Source: Octopus sinensis (Eukaryota). From it: a stretch of DNA of 64,000 nucleotides. This document shows, in pieces, positions 39,131-51,389 of this stretch (position 1 is its first letter; each line of letters begins with the position of its first letter). Under the pieces are notes generated by a model. It searched no databases. It saw only the letters and a list, made by a program, of their open reading frames with translations, and was not told where the DNA came from. The DNA is taken from assembly GCF_006345805.1 (NCBI RefSeq), contig NC_043000.1:22878001-22942000 (forward strand), read 5' to 3'. The position numbers and the translations under genes were made by a program.

Positions 39131-41045
39131 CCATATATATATATATATAATCATTTAACCCATGCTGGCTTGGGTTGAACAGTTCGACCAGGTCTGGTCA
39201 AACCGTCCAACCCATGCCAGCATGGACAACGGGCATTAAATGATGATATATGCATGTAACTGTATGTAAATGCATATATATGTATGCATGTATATACTAT
39301 TTGCATGTATGTAAATGTGCGTATATATGTACACGTATGTATATATCTACACACACACATGTATGTATGTGTGTGTCTATGTGTATGTATATGTGTGTGT
39401 GCGTATGTATATGTGTGTGTGTGTGTATGTAAATGTGAATTCATACATATGTATATCACTCTAACCAAGTAATTATCAGACAAAGGAAAAAAAAACTTAA
39501 CTTTCCCAGAAACATGATATAATGGCCCTTCCAGTCACAAAGGACTAAAAGCTTAACAAGAACTTAGAAGCCTAACCTATTTTATCAACTCACAAGAAAA
39601 TCCAAGTTGATACTGGCAGAATGTAAACTCAAAAGTGAAAACCATAAACCTTAAGCCCCACCCACCCCACTTCTGATGAGATAAACTTTCACATATTGAA
39701 AGTCTGTATTCAAAATAATTATCACCAAAGAATCTTTTTCCAATAAAACCAAAAAGAAATCTAAATCTTTCTTTTATGTAAAAGACTTTTAGAATAGCCA
39801 AAATAAGTAGCATACCTAAAACAGTACAGTTAAGGGATTCTTTTATTTTATTACTTTTTGGAGGAATCTTTCCATTTCACATCTAAAAATTGTAATTTAA
39901 GAAAAAAATTTCTTTTATCTAATTACAAAATAAAAGAGAAGTCTGGGAAGTTAGCAGAAACACTTATTTTCACTTTTTAATGAAAGAAAAATGTCAGGTT
40001 TAGCTTTTTAAAACTTTCATCATTCTAAAAACTGTCTGGCTTTTAGAAGGAAAAAATGAATTTTTAAACTAAAAAAAAATTGTATGAATTAAAATAACAT
40101 TGGTTTCAAATTTTGGCACAAAACCAGCAATTTTAGTGGGGGGAGAACAAGTGAATTACATCACCCCCCCCCCCAGTGGTTAACTGGTACTTATTTTATC
40201 AACCTAAAAAGGATGACAATTTGAACTTAGAACATAAAGATGGGCGAAATACTGCCAAATATTTTGCCAGCTCACCATCTTGGAATAACATTGATAATGA
40301 GAAAAAAAAACTATTTTTGATTTGCATTTACCATTCTGAAATAAAAGAGTGATTCTCTGCTAATTGTAGGTCCCTCATCATTTGAGGCCCTATATTCCTC
40401 TAAAACAGATTCCCACCCAACCTACCTAAAAAGAACAAAGTAAAAAGTACTGAAAGGTCTCTTCAGTTTGATTTCTTTTCATTAAAATTTACGTCTTATT
40501 AAATTGACGAGTTTGTTTCTTAAGTAACAAAGGACTAGTAATGTACTTCTATTTCCTATTAAAAAGGAAGTTTTTTTTTTAAAGTGGTTTAATGTTTTCT
40601 CAACCGACCCTTCTGGTTTTTAATAAATCTTTTCAAATCTCATAAAAGATTTCCTTAAAACTTAAAAATCTCTCACAATTTTGCAAGAAGCAAAAAAAAA
40701 AAAATATATAAATAAAAACAAATAAATAAAGCTAAAAAAAAATATTAAAAATACAATAAATAAAACAAATAAATAATATAAAAGAAGCAGTATGTAACAA
40801 GAGTAGTGATTGATGCTAGTCAACTTGTAGACGTCACTGTAGCTTGCACTAGCATGGAGGAGCAGGGCTCAGGAAGCCTGTTGGTTAACCAACCATCTAA
40901 CAGCACAGGATACAGGGCACGCTACCAAGCATTGAGGACACCTCTACCAGGTTCGCAAACTTGCCTAGCCTGCAGCTGAAGTTTCAAACTGCCACATCAG
41001 CTTGTGCCGAACAGAATACCGCTGACTGTTACAGTGCCACTGTTG

Positions 41046-41072
41046 TCAAGACTTTAGAGATGAGAAGAAAGT
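41046..41072 (-). CDS. XPOT: Exportin-T last coding exon, TFFSSLKS-stop
   Basis: Long pyrimidine tract ending ctttcAG, then 8 codons and TGA; length and the FF motif match the exportin-T C-terminus. Confidence 0.8.
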   Translation of the reverse strand, partial: TFFSSLKS

Positions 41073-41191
41073 CTGAAAGTGAAAAGAAAATAGAAAAAAA
41101 AATAAGAGAAACACTGCAATACATATGAGAGAAAGAATTTAAGCAAATCATTAATATAACAATAACTAAAGAATTTATAACCCATGCTAGA

Positions 41192-42708
41192 ACTTTGTTA
41201 TTAACTTGTAGTGTTGTTATAATTATTTCCAAAGTTATCCCTCATATGACTCCAGTTTTACTGTAATTGTAGAAAGATTATCACCATTTATCATTTAACA
41301 TCCGTTTTCCATGAGTTATGGGTTGCATGGTTTGAAAGGAGCTGGCAAGTTGGAGAGTTACTCTAAGCTCAGTTTTCTGTTTTGGCATGGCTTCTGTGCA
41401 CTCCTCCTAATGCCAACCACTTTACAGAGTGTATTGTGTGATTTTTACATGGCACCAACATTGGATGCCCTTCCTAAATCCAACCACTTTACAGTGTACT
41501 GAGCCACTAGTCTTGTAGGTTGTCAAGTACTTACAAGAGAAAACTCTACTTCCTTGATTTAGTAGGAATATATCTTAGAGAGGTGTAGGTGGTGTTATTA
41601 CAGATGTTGAAAGATTAAAGTGTAAGGAATATTTAGAGGGGATAGATAGCCTACATTATATAAACACAAAACCAATGAGGAGTGGGGTAGGGGGGATTAC
41701 TGAGGCATCATTCTCTTAGGGATTTCTAATCCTCCAAATATTGCAGTTCTGTACTTCTAAGATGAGGAATATATCCTGTATGGGTTGAACTGGTGTCCTC
41801 ATCTTGATTGTTATTTTTCATTGCATTTCGGCTGTTGTATGCTCCAGCCTTCTTCAGGTGTCATGTGATTCACCTTAGTGTCTTGCCTGGAATTGAACTC
41901 AGAACTCTACAAATTTCTCAAAAATGGCCAGATTATAAATTGTTCATTTTGATTTAGCTGTGAGCATATTGCCAGTGTCAGGTCAATGGCACCCATGCCG
42001 GTGGCACATAAAAAGCAATCACCAACTCTCAGAATGGTTGGCATTAGGAAGAGCATCTAGCTGCAGAAACCTTGCCAAATCAGATCGGAACCTGGTGCAG
42101 TGCTCCGGCTTACTAGTTTTCAGTCAAACCGTCCAACCCATGCTAGAATGGAAAACGAATGTTAAATGATGATGATTGAATACCTTGAGAGTTCACTGTC
42201 ATCTCATCATCACCACTTTACCTTCTTTAATTATTTCCACCCACCTTTATATAATGTAGGCTATCTATCCCCTCTAAATATTCCTTACACTTTAATCTTT
42301 CAACACCTGTAATAACACCACCTACACCTCTCTAAGATATATTCCTACTAAATCAAGGAAGTGGAGTTTTCTCTTGTAAGTACTTGACAACCTACAAGAC
42401 CAGTGGCTCAGTACACTGTAAAGTGGTTGGATTTAGGAAGGGCATCCAATGTTGGTGCCATGTAAAAATCACACAATACACTCTGTAAAGTGGTTGGCAT
42501 TAGGAGGGGTGCACAGAAGCCATGCCAAAACAGAAAACTGAGCTTAGAGTAACTCTCCAACTTGCCAGCTCCTTTCAAACCATGCAACCCATAACTCATG
42601 GAAAACGGATGATAAATGGTGATAATCTTTCTACAATTACAGTAAAACTGGAGTCATATGAGGGATAACTTTGGAAATAATTATAACACTACAAGTTAAT
42701 AACAAAGT
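41192..42708. repeat. ~470-bp inverted duplication inside the last XPOT intron (arms 41192-41664 and 42246-42708)
   Basis: The arms are near-identical reverse complements around a 581-bp spacer. Confidence 0.92.
41795..41905 (-). mobile_element. Family E fragment: B-box plus hammerhead-like tail
   Basis: GAGTTCAATTCCAGGCA...GACAC-CTGAAGA-A-GGCTG-n10-CAGCC-GAAA...AACAATCAAGATGAGGAC. Confidence 0.6.
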
Positions 42709-42840
42709 AACAGGAAGTCCATACATTAAATACATATTCATACTTGAACAGTTATGTAATTAACCCAGTTATTAGGTTTTTATAAAAGCTACCCCCCTAA
42801 TAAGGCTATAAAAATACAGATGAGGAATTACGTACACAAA

Positions 42841-43277
42841 TTACATTATTTACATTTGATAGATATTTGTCCTCATCTTGTTTGTTAACACAACGTTTTG
42901 GCTGATATATCCTCCAGCCTTCATCAGGTGTCTTGGGGAAATTTTGAACCTGGGTTCTCATTCCTAAGGTATTTTTCGATATTATTATTATTGTTCAGGT
43001 CACTACTTGGAATCGCACTCGGAATCTTGGGGTCAGTAGCCCACGTTCTTAACCACTACGCCATATGCCAACAGGGATATGGCTTCTAACCCCAAGACTC
43101 CAAGCAGTGACCTGAACAATAATAATAATAATAACATCAAAAAATACCTTAGGAATGAGAACCGAGGTTTGAAATTTCCCCAAGACACCTGATGAAGGCT
43201 GGAGGGTATATCAGCTGAAACGTTGTGTTAACAACAAACAAGATAAGGATAAATATCCATCAAATGTAAATAATGTA
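42841..43277. mobile_element. Family E: tRNA-headed, hammerhead-tailed element as a head-to-head inverted pair
   Basis: Minus copy 43069-42841 with A-box TGGCGTAGTGG; plus copy 43074-43277 with deletions in the head; hammerhead core at 43184-43229. Confidence 0.75.
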
Positions 43278-43337
43278 AGGCTATAAAGAGTTAACATAAT
43301 GAACAGAATACTGTGGAGATCTGATGAGAGTACTGAC

Positions 43338-43391
43338 CTTTAAAAAATGTTTAAAAGATTTTATGTCCATCACATAGGCCTGGCAGAATTG
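43338..43391 (-). CDS. XPOT: Exportin-T exon, 54 nt, QFCQAYVMDIKSFKHFLK
   Basis: ttctttcAG acceptor, GTcagt donor, phase 0-0; matches FCQA...KxFKxxLK. Confidence 0.87.
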
Positions 43392-43469
43392 CTGAAAGAA
43401 GAAAATGAAGTCAGTCAATTTGCAACCTTCAGATCACAAACTTCAAAATCATGGAAACAAAATAAAAAC

Positions 43470-43965
43470 TCATCGATTAGCAATGTATAAAACTGAAAGA
43501 CTCTATTCCTTAGAGAGTAGGCAAGAAAGATATGCCATAATATACAGCTGGAAGATCCTGGAAGGACTTGTCCCAAACTTTGGCATCGAGAGTTACACAA
43601 ATACCAGAACTGGGCGCCACTGCATAGTGCCAAGGACGCCAAATTTGCCATCAAGATGTAGGACAAGATACAGAAATAGCCTGGGTTTCAGAGGTCCACA
43701 GCTCTTCAATATCCTCCCGAAGGACCTGAGAGACCTGCATGGGGTGGATGTAGGCATCTTCAAAATAAAGCTGGACCTCTTCCTGTCAGGTGTCCCAGAT
43801 GAACCAACTTTGCAGCAGGAGGTGCAGATGAGGGCAGCTGCATTAAATTCTCTCATGCACCAAATGCCAATTGCTAAAAAGCATTCGTGAAGTAAAAACA
43901 TGTAGCAACACCAAATGGCATCACCCCAGCATGGCCACAGCTCATGAGCTGAAACTAGATGGAAA
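43470..43965 (+). mobile_element. 3' end of a CR1-group (CR1/L2/Crack-like) LINE, antisense in an XPOT intron
   Basis: LYSLESRQERYAIIYSWKILEGLVPN...RGPQLFNILP...FKIKLDLFLSGVPDEP, stop at 43890, short 3' UTR and A-tract. Confidence 0.8.
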
Positions 43966-43981
43966 AAAAAAAAATACTTAC

Positions 43982-44053
43982 TTGTGTCAGATCTGGGGAA
44001 AGTTGAAGTTTTGGAAAATATTCATTCTGTAAATAGTTAATGACTTCATCACC
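43982..44053 (-). CDS. XPOT: Exportin-T exon, 72 nt, GDEVINYLQNEYFPKLQLSPDLTQ
   Basis: catcctcAG acceptor, GTaagt donor, phase 0-0; matches GxExxxYLQxEYxPxLQ. Confidence 0.9.
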
Positions 44054-44107
44054 CTGAGGATGGTAAAAAAAAATTTAAATAGTAAAATAACAAAAATATC
44101 AGCTTTC

Positions 44108-44600
44108 ATCATCATCATCATTTAACATTCATTATCCATGCTGGCTTGGGTCGGACAGTTTGACCTGGGCTGACAAGCTAAGACTCCAGTCTGATTTGAC
44201 ATGGTTTCTACAGCTGGAAGCCCTTCCTAACACTAACCACTCAGAGACTGTAATGGGTGCTTTACGTGCCAGTTGCATGACACCAGTATCCACCACGATT
44301 GTGATTTCACTTGGTTTGATGGACCTTCTTCTCAAGGACGACAGCATATTGCCAAAGGTCTCAGTCATATGTCATTGCCTCCATGAGGCCCAATGCTCAA
44401 AAGGTGCCTTTTACGTGGCACCAGCACAGATGCCAGTTATGTGACACTGGCATCAGACACATTGCTTCCATGAGGCTCGACACTCAACAGGTGCTTTTTA
44501 TGTGCTACCAGCATGGGTGCCAGATACCTCTGCAAGGCCCAATGCTCAAACGGTGCTCTTTACATGACAGGTATGCAACACCAGTGTCAGCCACATTGCC
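44108..44600 (-). mobile_element. 5'-truncated RTE-clade LINE 3' end (family D)
   Basis: (GAT)n terminus and a GGTTAGTGTTAGGAAGGGCTTCCAGCTGTAGAAAC variant of the family D 3' UTR; same repeat as 60450-61060. Confidence 0.75.
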
Positions 44601-45339
44601 TCCAATAAAAAATAACATTATAACTGAAATAACACGTTAATTTATATTTGAATAAAATATAACAATCCTCGTCTAATGTCAGAAAAAACCCCAGACCACA
44701 TGGTTGCCAAGTGAACTTAACCACAAAGCTATGGCTGGATCTATGTAGCTTTGTTAATTTAATAACTATATTTCCACAAAGTTACAGGATGGATAAAAGA
44801 CAACCAGGAGAATTGACAGTGAATAAAGTCAGTCTGTAATTATATCTCAGGGATTTATTATCATAATCAACATTTAACGTCCGTTTTCCATGCTGGTATG
44901 GGTTGGACGGCTTGACAGGAATTGGCATGGCCAAGGGCCCACACCAGGTTCTATAGTCTGTTTTCGCTTGGACTCTACAGATGGATGCCCTTCCTAACTC
45001 CAACCACTCCATAGAATGTACTAAGTGCTTTTTACATGGCACCAACCATTTTGTTACCATATTCCTCTTGATATACACTGCCTTTGTTGCAATCAATTTC
45101 ATAAATAATGAAGAATTTAGTACATAGCTGTTATTAAGCTGGTGTTTGGAACATAATTGATATGAAATCTCAATGGAGGATTTTAATTTAGTTCATCTTA
45201 AAACAGGCAAGTTGGCATCATACAACAAGGGGTGACTCAAGCAGTTTGGTATCAAAAGGGTTAAGTCAATATTTTAACAGACATGTCTAAAAACAGGATC
45301 TCATTTTTCTTTGTAAACATTACTATTTGTAAAACTTAC

Positions 45340-45387
45340 CCTTTTATCAAGAATACATTTCAAACACTGTGCACTCTCTCCCAAAGC
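45340..45387 (-). CDS. XPOT: Exportin-T exon, 48 nt, ALGESAQCLKCILDKR
   Basis: ttgttccAG acceptor, GTaagt donor, phase 0-0. Confidence 0.87.
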
Positions 45388-46244
45388 CTGGAACAAAGAA
45401 TATATCAAATATATACGTTCTGAAACCAAATGGGAAGTTAAATATATAAAATACAAAAAAACGTATTTATCAACAATAAAGAGATCGATAGATTCAACAC
45501 TTTATATAAATTCATTTCTCAAATTACTAAAACAACCATGTCTTCATTAATAACCATTTTCTTCAGAAAGGATACCAGCTAGTTTTGAAAATTTAAAACC
45601 GATTTTAAAAAAATTTTTACCTGCTTTCTAATCCCTAAAAATCTTAAAGCAAGCCTATATAGAAATTTTTATTTTTATTTTTATATTAACTGGATTGATC
45701 CAGTTAATGCAGGGAACATTAAAATCTTCATTTAGAATAATTATGCAAGGAGGATAAAAAAAAAATTAGTCAACCAGTAATGTTTTAATTATTTCAACAA
45801 GTAGGGAAGACAACTCCAGAGAGGTTTCCATTGTATGCTAATATTAAGGAAGCAGACACTCAGGATTCTTGCCAAAATCCTGTTGAAATACCCTACTCAA
45901 AGGAGGGGAGGAACAGTAGAAAATTTTATATGGGTACTGCAGGACAAAGGAAGCAGGGGAGGGGGGCAATAGATTGCCCTAATTTACGAAAATGTTTTCA
46001 ATCATTATTCTAGTGTTGGTGCTACATAAAAAGCACCCACTACACTTAAGTAGTTGGCATTAGGAATAGCATCCAGCTGCAGAAACCATGCCAAAGCAGA
46101 CCTAGACCCTGGCAGAGCCTTCTGCCTCGTCTGTTCTTGTCAAACCATCCAACCCATGCCAGCATGGAAAAAGGGACGTTAAATGATGATTCTGTGTGGG
46201 AATCATATTAGTGGTCAAAATGTTTTGACATTCCATCTTGTATA

Positions 46245-46472
46245 TTTCTTTACTGCCCACAAGGGGCTAAACATAGAGGGGACAAACAAGGACAGACAAA
46301 CGGATTAAGTCAATTACATCAACCCCAGTGCGTAACTGGCACTTAATTTATCGACCCCAAAAGGATGAAAGGCAAAGTCGGCCTTGGTGGAATTTGAACT
46401 CAGAACGTAATGACAGATGAAATACCACTAAGCATTTCGCTCAGCATGCCAACGTTTCTGCCAGCTCGCTGC
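46245..46472 (-). mobile_element. SINE family A
   Basis: Reverse complement of the consensus. Confidence 0.85.
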
Positions 46473-47297
46473 CTTTGACATTCCATCTTATATTGAAGAA
46501 ATGGTTTAAGCATAAGTAGTCTTAAAAGTAATGAATTTGATGGCAATGTCTTTGAGGTGTATTTAGTTGAATCACCATAAAAAGGCGGCATTGAAAGTTA
46601 TTAATTAGAAAAAGGAAAGGTGCAATAGTCGGAAAAAGTTTCACAAGCATTGATATACATGAATAAAACTATATTAGCTTATAAAACTAAAATTTTTTTT
46701 TTTTTTAAATATTACTCAAAGACACCATACACATGAGAAAAAAACAAAAGCTAAATCAGTGTTAACACATTTAATGCCAGAAGCATTAAATGGATAGTTT
46801 TAGGTAGATTTTTTTTCTTCAAATGAATACATTTTATTTTTCTCTAATAATCTGCATTTCATGCCCGCTTTCTGTGCTGGTACAGACTGGACAGGTCATT
46901 AGTCACCGCCCACCTAAACAAGTTCAAGAACCATGTCATGGTCATCGATTTCCTTTTTCGCTGGATTTCTACAGCTGGATGCCTTTCCTGTCACCAACTA
47001 CTTTATAGAGGGAACTGGATGCATTGTATTGTGGCAGCCAGCACTAGAGATGTCTTTTGTTTGACAAAACTAAAAGGACTCCCATTGACCCCTCATTATT
47101 TCTGCCACTCATTTGTCAACCACCTTAATGATTAATGATCACTGTGGCACTAGTGAAGTTGCTTTGCATCTCATAAGACTAAAAAGTCCCTACTATTCTA
47201 TAATGTCGTCCAGGAGAGAACCCAAAAAGACACAGAGAGAGCAACAACACAAGACCCAGGATGGGTGAGTGAAGGAAGATGAATAAAATACATTTAA

Positions 47298-47519
47298 CCC
47301 TTTAGTGTTTGCATTATTCTGCCAAAATTAATCCTTTTTTTATCCACATTGTTTTGAACTAATCAGGCATTATCTTGTAGCTATGAGATTGTGATGAGGT
47401 AGCTGTTAATTTTTAAAATGATATTGTAGGGTTGGTGTGAGAGACCAGATCTGGCCAGTTTGAACATAAAACAGGCAGAATACTTTTGGCCGGATATGGC
47501 CAGTTTAAATGCTAAAGGG
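47298..47519. mobile_element. piggyBac-type MITE (opposite-orientation copy at 52982-53200)
   Basis: TTAA-CCCTTTAG...CTAAAGGG-TTAA. Confidence 0.75.
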
Positions 47520-47575
47520 TTAAAAATATAAAAAAAAAAAAAAGATAAACAAAAATCAATCAAATTGCAACTTAC

Positions 47576-47691
47576 AATAACAGTTTGAGCATCATTCAAA
47601 TCAAAGGCTGGTTTCATAGGAGTTAAGATACAAGCAGGTACAACACTTTGATAAACAAATTCCTCAAATCCAACCAGTCCGTTCTCACCAC
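47576..47691 (-). CDS. XPOT: Exportin-T exon, 116 nt, (C)GENGLVGFEEFVYQSVVPACILTPMKPAFDLNDAQTVI
   Basis: gttttgcAG acceptor, GTaagt donor, phase 1-0. Confidence 0.93.
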
Positions 47692-48110
47692 CTGCAAAAC
47701 AAAGAATAAAATCTATTAATGAAGTCCTCTTCAAAACAATTTTTTGAAAACTACTTTACAAATCCTTAAACACATTTTTATGATTTCCAAATTTCTTTTC
47801 TACAGCAACCCGTCAATTTTCAACATTTCACTGACTAACTTCTTTAGTACAAACTTGCAATCACCTGGATTATCTACCAAGCATTTTAAACGGACTCATG
47901 TAAAAAGCACCTGTGTTGGTGCCACATAAAAAGCACCCAGTACACAGAAAAGTGGTTGGTGTTAGGAAGAGCATCCAAGCTGTAGAAACCATACCAAAGC
48001 AGAAAACTGAAGCTGGTGGAACTCCTCAGCTTGCCTGGCTACTACCAAACCACCCAACCCATTGCCAGCTTGGAAGTCAGACATGATGATTTACATCATT
48101 TAACACCCTG

Positions 48111-48425
48111 TTTCTTTATTAGCCACAAGGGCCCAAACATAGAGGGGGACAATACAGCCTGATTGGGGTCAGGCACACAAGGATTATACGACTTAAAATT
48201 TTACAAAATATAATGAAATCGAATGAGATACAACAAGGACAAAATACAAACATGAAATGAAGCAGAGAGATGGGTTATGCTCCGACCCCACGAGCCCCAT
48301 TCTCCTACTGGAACCTTTATATGCAGACTTATGACATGTTCACGAGGAATCTTTCATTCCCAGCACCCTCGCAACATGCAACCATCTTTCTTTGAACATT
48401 TTCTTTGACAGGCATCTCTCCAACC
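48111..48425 (-). mobile_element. 3' end of a second Tx1-clade LINE
   Basis: LERCLSKKMFKERWLHVAR matches VERQVLSSERFKKRWVNVAR of the 20.3-22.2 kb element; ends ...GTGGCTAATAAAGAAA. Confidence 0.65.
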
Positions 48426-48915
48426 GTTGTCCATGCTGACATGGGTTGGACAGTTTGACCAGGGCTAGTAAGCTGGGAGGCTGCACCAGACTCCAGTCTG
48501 ATTTGGCATGGTTTTCTACAGCTGGATGCCCTTCCTAACGCCAATAACCCTTTACGAAAAAAAGGCTTAAATTGTAATATTTTCGTGATCATATCCAGAG
48601 CAGCTAACTGGTTTCCATGCCGGTGGCATGTAAAAGCACACCATTCGAGTGTGATCGTTACCAGCATTGCCATACTGGCACCTCTGCCAGTGGCATGTGT
48701 AAAAAGATTCAAGCGAGATCATTGCTAGTACCGCCTTAACTTAGCAGTTCAGTAAAAGAGACTGATAGAATAAGTGCCAGGCTTAAATAAAAAATAAATA
48801 CTGGGGTCAATTCATTTGACTAAAAATTCAAGGTAGTGCCCCAGCATGGCCACAATCTAATGAGTGAAACAAGTGAAAGATAACATATGTAACATTGAAA
48901 ATGTCTAATACTTAC

Positions 48916-48964
48916 ACCATACTTCAATCAGCCGTTTTAAAATTCCAAAACAGATTTTTTGAAT
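48916..48964 (-). CDS. XPOT: Exportin-T exon, 49 nt, IQKICFGILKRLIEVW
   Basis: attttctAG acceptor, GTaagt donor, phase 0-1; matches QKxCFxILxxLxExW. Confidence 0.9.
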
Positions 48965-49107
48965 CTAGAAAATATAAATAACAAAAAAATGAATAACAGA
49001 AAGAAAAAAACGTTTTAAAAACATATAGGTGTTATTTAATATGATCACACACACACACACATACATACATACATATACATATATATATATATATATAATA
49101 TATATAT

Positions 49108-49156
<49 letters not shown>

Positions 49157-50037
49157 CATCCTCATTTAACATCCGCTTTCCATGCTAGCATGGGTTGGAC
49201 GGTTTGACTGAGGACTGGCAAGCCAGAAGGCTGCACCAGGCTCCAATCTGATCTGGTAAGGTTTCTACAGCTGGATGCCCTTCCTAACGCCAACCACTCC
49301 GAGAGTGTAGTGGGTGCTTTTTACGTGCCACCAACACAAGGGCCAGTCTGGCAGCACTGGCATCAACCATGCTCGAATGGTGCATTTTATATGCCACTGG
49401 CACGGATCCAGTAAGGCGACACTAGCAACAACCACACTCAAATGGTACTTTTTACATGCCAGTGGCACAGAAGCCAGTCAAGCCATACCTGTGCTTATTA
49501 ATTTAATGCTAAGTAATTTTGTATTCAGTCCCACTGCTTGGTATCTTAAGCAAGTGCCTAATATTACAGCGTTGGACTGACCAATGCCTTGTGTGTAAAT
49601 CTAAAAGACAAACTGTGGAAGCCTGTCCTATGTGTGAGTGTGTATCTTTCACAGTTGGCAACCAGTGTTGGTTTGTTTGCATCACCATCACTTTGCAGTT
49701 AAGCAAAGACAGTGTGAGAGAATAAGTATCAGACTCCTTTCATTACCGTATTTATTTTGAGAAGCACTGTGTTTCTTTCAATTGATTTTAAATATAAAAA
49801 AGAATTTAGTTAAGCTGGTGTTTGGAACATAAATTGTGACTAAGGTTTGGTAGAAGATTTTAATTCAGAACTTATGAAAACAAGACATTTGTACTACAGA
49901 GCCAGTTTCAGCCCAGTTGGTAATGAAAGGGTTAAAATAGTACTGGAGATGAAGGGAAAGACCCTTTCAAGGCATTGACATCCAATGACTGAAACAAGTG
50001 AAGGAAGTTACGTTTGAGATTAACAAACAGTACTTAC

Positions 50038-50105
50038 CTGGGGATCAGGATTATTGCAAGCCCCTTCAACAATGGTCATTAAAACCTGATGGAAGTTTGC
50101 AGCTT
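50038..50105 (-). CDS. XPOT: Exportin-T exon, 68 nt, (E)AANFHQVLMTIVEGACNNPDPQ
   Basis: ttcatacAG acceptor, GTaagt donor, phase 1-0. Confidence 0.9.
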
Positions 50106-50763
50106 CTGTATGAATAACCAAAGTTTCAGAATCAATTCAACAATCAAAGATTAACAACAGATTCAGCAATCTTTCGTTTGCACATAAATCATAATGAATA
50201 AAGTGGTTTGAGCAAAGAGTGGGGAATCGTAGTTTTTATATTCCTAGATGCATATATAAACACTATTATTATTATTATTATTAGGGTGGTGAGCAGGCAT
50301 TGACCACATTCGGATGGTGCTTTCTATGTGCCACCAACACAGGAGCCAGCCACACAGCATTGGCATTGACCATGTTAGGATGGTGCTCTTTATGTGCCAC
50401 CGGCATGGGAAGCCAGTCAGGAGGCAATGGCATCAACCACGTTCGGATGGTGCTTGCCAGTCAGGTGATACTGGCATCGGCCACAACTACAATTTCCATT
50501 ATGATTTCGATCTTGTTTTGATTTTTCACATCATCATCGTTTAGCGTCCGTTTTCCGTGCTAGCACGGGTTGGACAGTTCAACCGGGGTCTGGTAAGACA
50601 TGGAGGCTACACCAGGCTCCAGTCTGATCTGGAAATGTTTCTACAGCTGGATGCCCTTCCTAACGCCAACCACTCCGTGAGTGTAGAGGGGTGCTTTTTA
50701 CATTCCACCGTCACAGGTGCCAGGGGAGGCTAGCAGCTTCCACGATCGGTTGGTGCTTTTTAC

Positions 50764-50815
<52 letters not shown>

Positions 50816-51199
50816 GCGCATGCACAACAGATTTCTTTCAATTTGTCTACCAGGTACGCTCACAAGGAAGTGGTCCGCCTGTGGCTATTGTAGAAGATAC
50901 TTGCCCAAGGTGCCACAGAGTAGGACTGAACCCAAGACCATGTGGTTGGGAAGTAAACTTCTTGTCACATCTGCACCTATGTAAGAAACTATTATGATCT
51001 ATATTAAAATCCCACAAAATCAACCACTTGGTTGCTAGATCCACCAAAGGCCAAATTTCCTTCAAATCTTACCCATTTAAAACAGGAAGTGTGCATTGGA
51101 ACCATCACATAGACGGGATGCTCATAATTAACTATAGATGTGTTTGACCAACACTGACCTGGGGCTAAATAACAACAACAACGATAACAAAATGGTTAC

Positions 51200-51389
51200 C
51201 TTGATCTTGTATGACTTCATGAACATTGTTGCTGACAATACAGGCCAGAAACTGGAAATAACTCTTCTGAAGTAATCTCTTCTCATTAGCTGTCACCTGA
51301 TCATACTCATCTTGGGGAATTGATAAAACTCTGTATATGGTTTGTACAAAAGGGCAGAACATCTCCCTGAGGAATGGACTAATTGTTTT
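51200..51389 (-). CDS. XPOT: Exportin-T exon, 190 nt, KTISPFLREMFCPFVQTIYRVLSIPQDEYDQVTANEKRLLQKSYFQFLACIVSNNVHEVIQDQ
   Basis: ttatttcAG acceptor, GTaacc donor, phase 0-1. Confidence 0.93.

Noticed and set aside
38000-41045. XPOT 3' UTR extent and polyadenylation site
   Set aside because: Several minus-strand AATAAA candidates lie in AT-rich DNA and cannot be chosen without transcript data; 39.6-40.8 kb is homopolymer-rich and may be lower-quality sequence.
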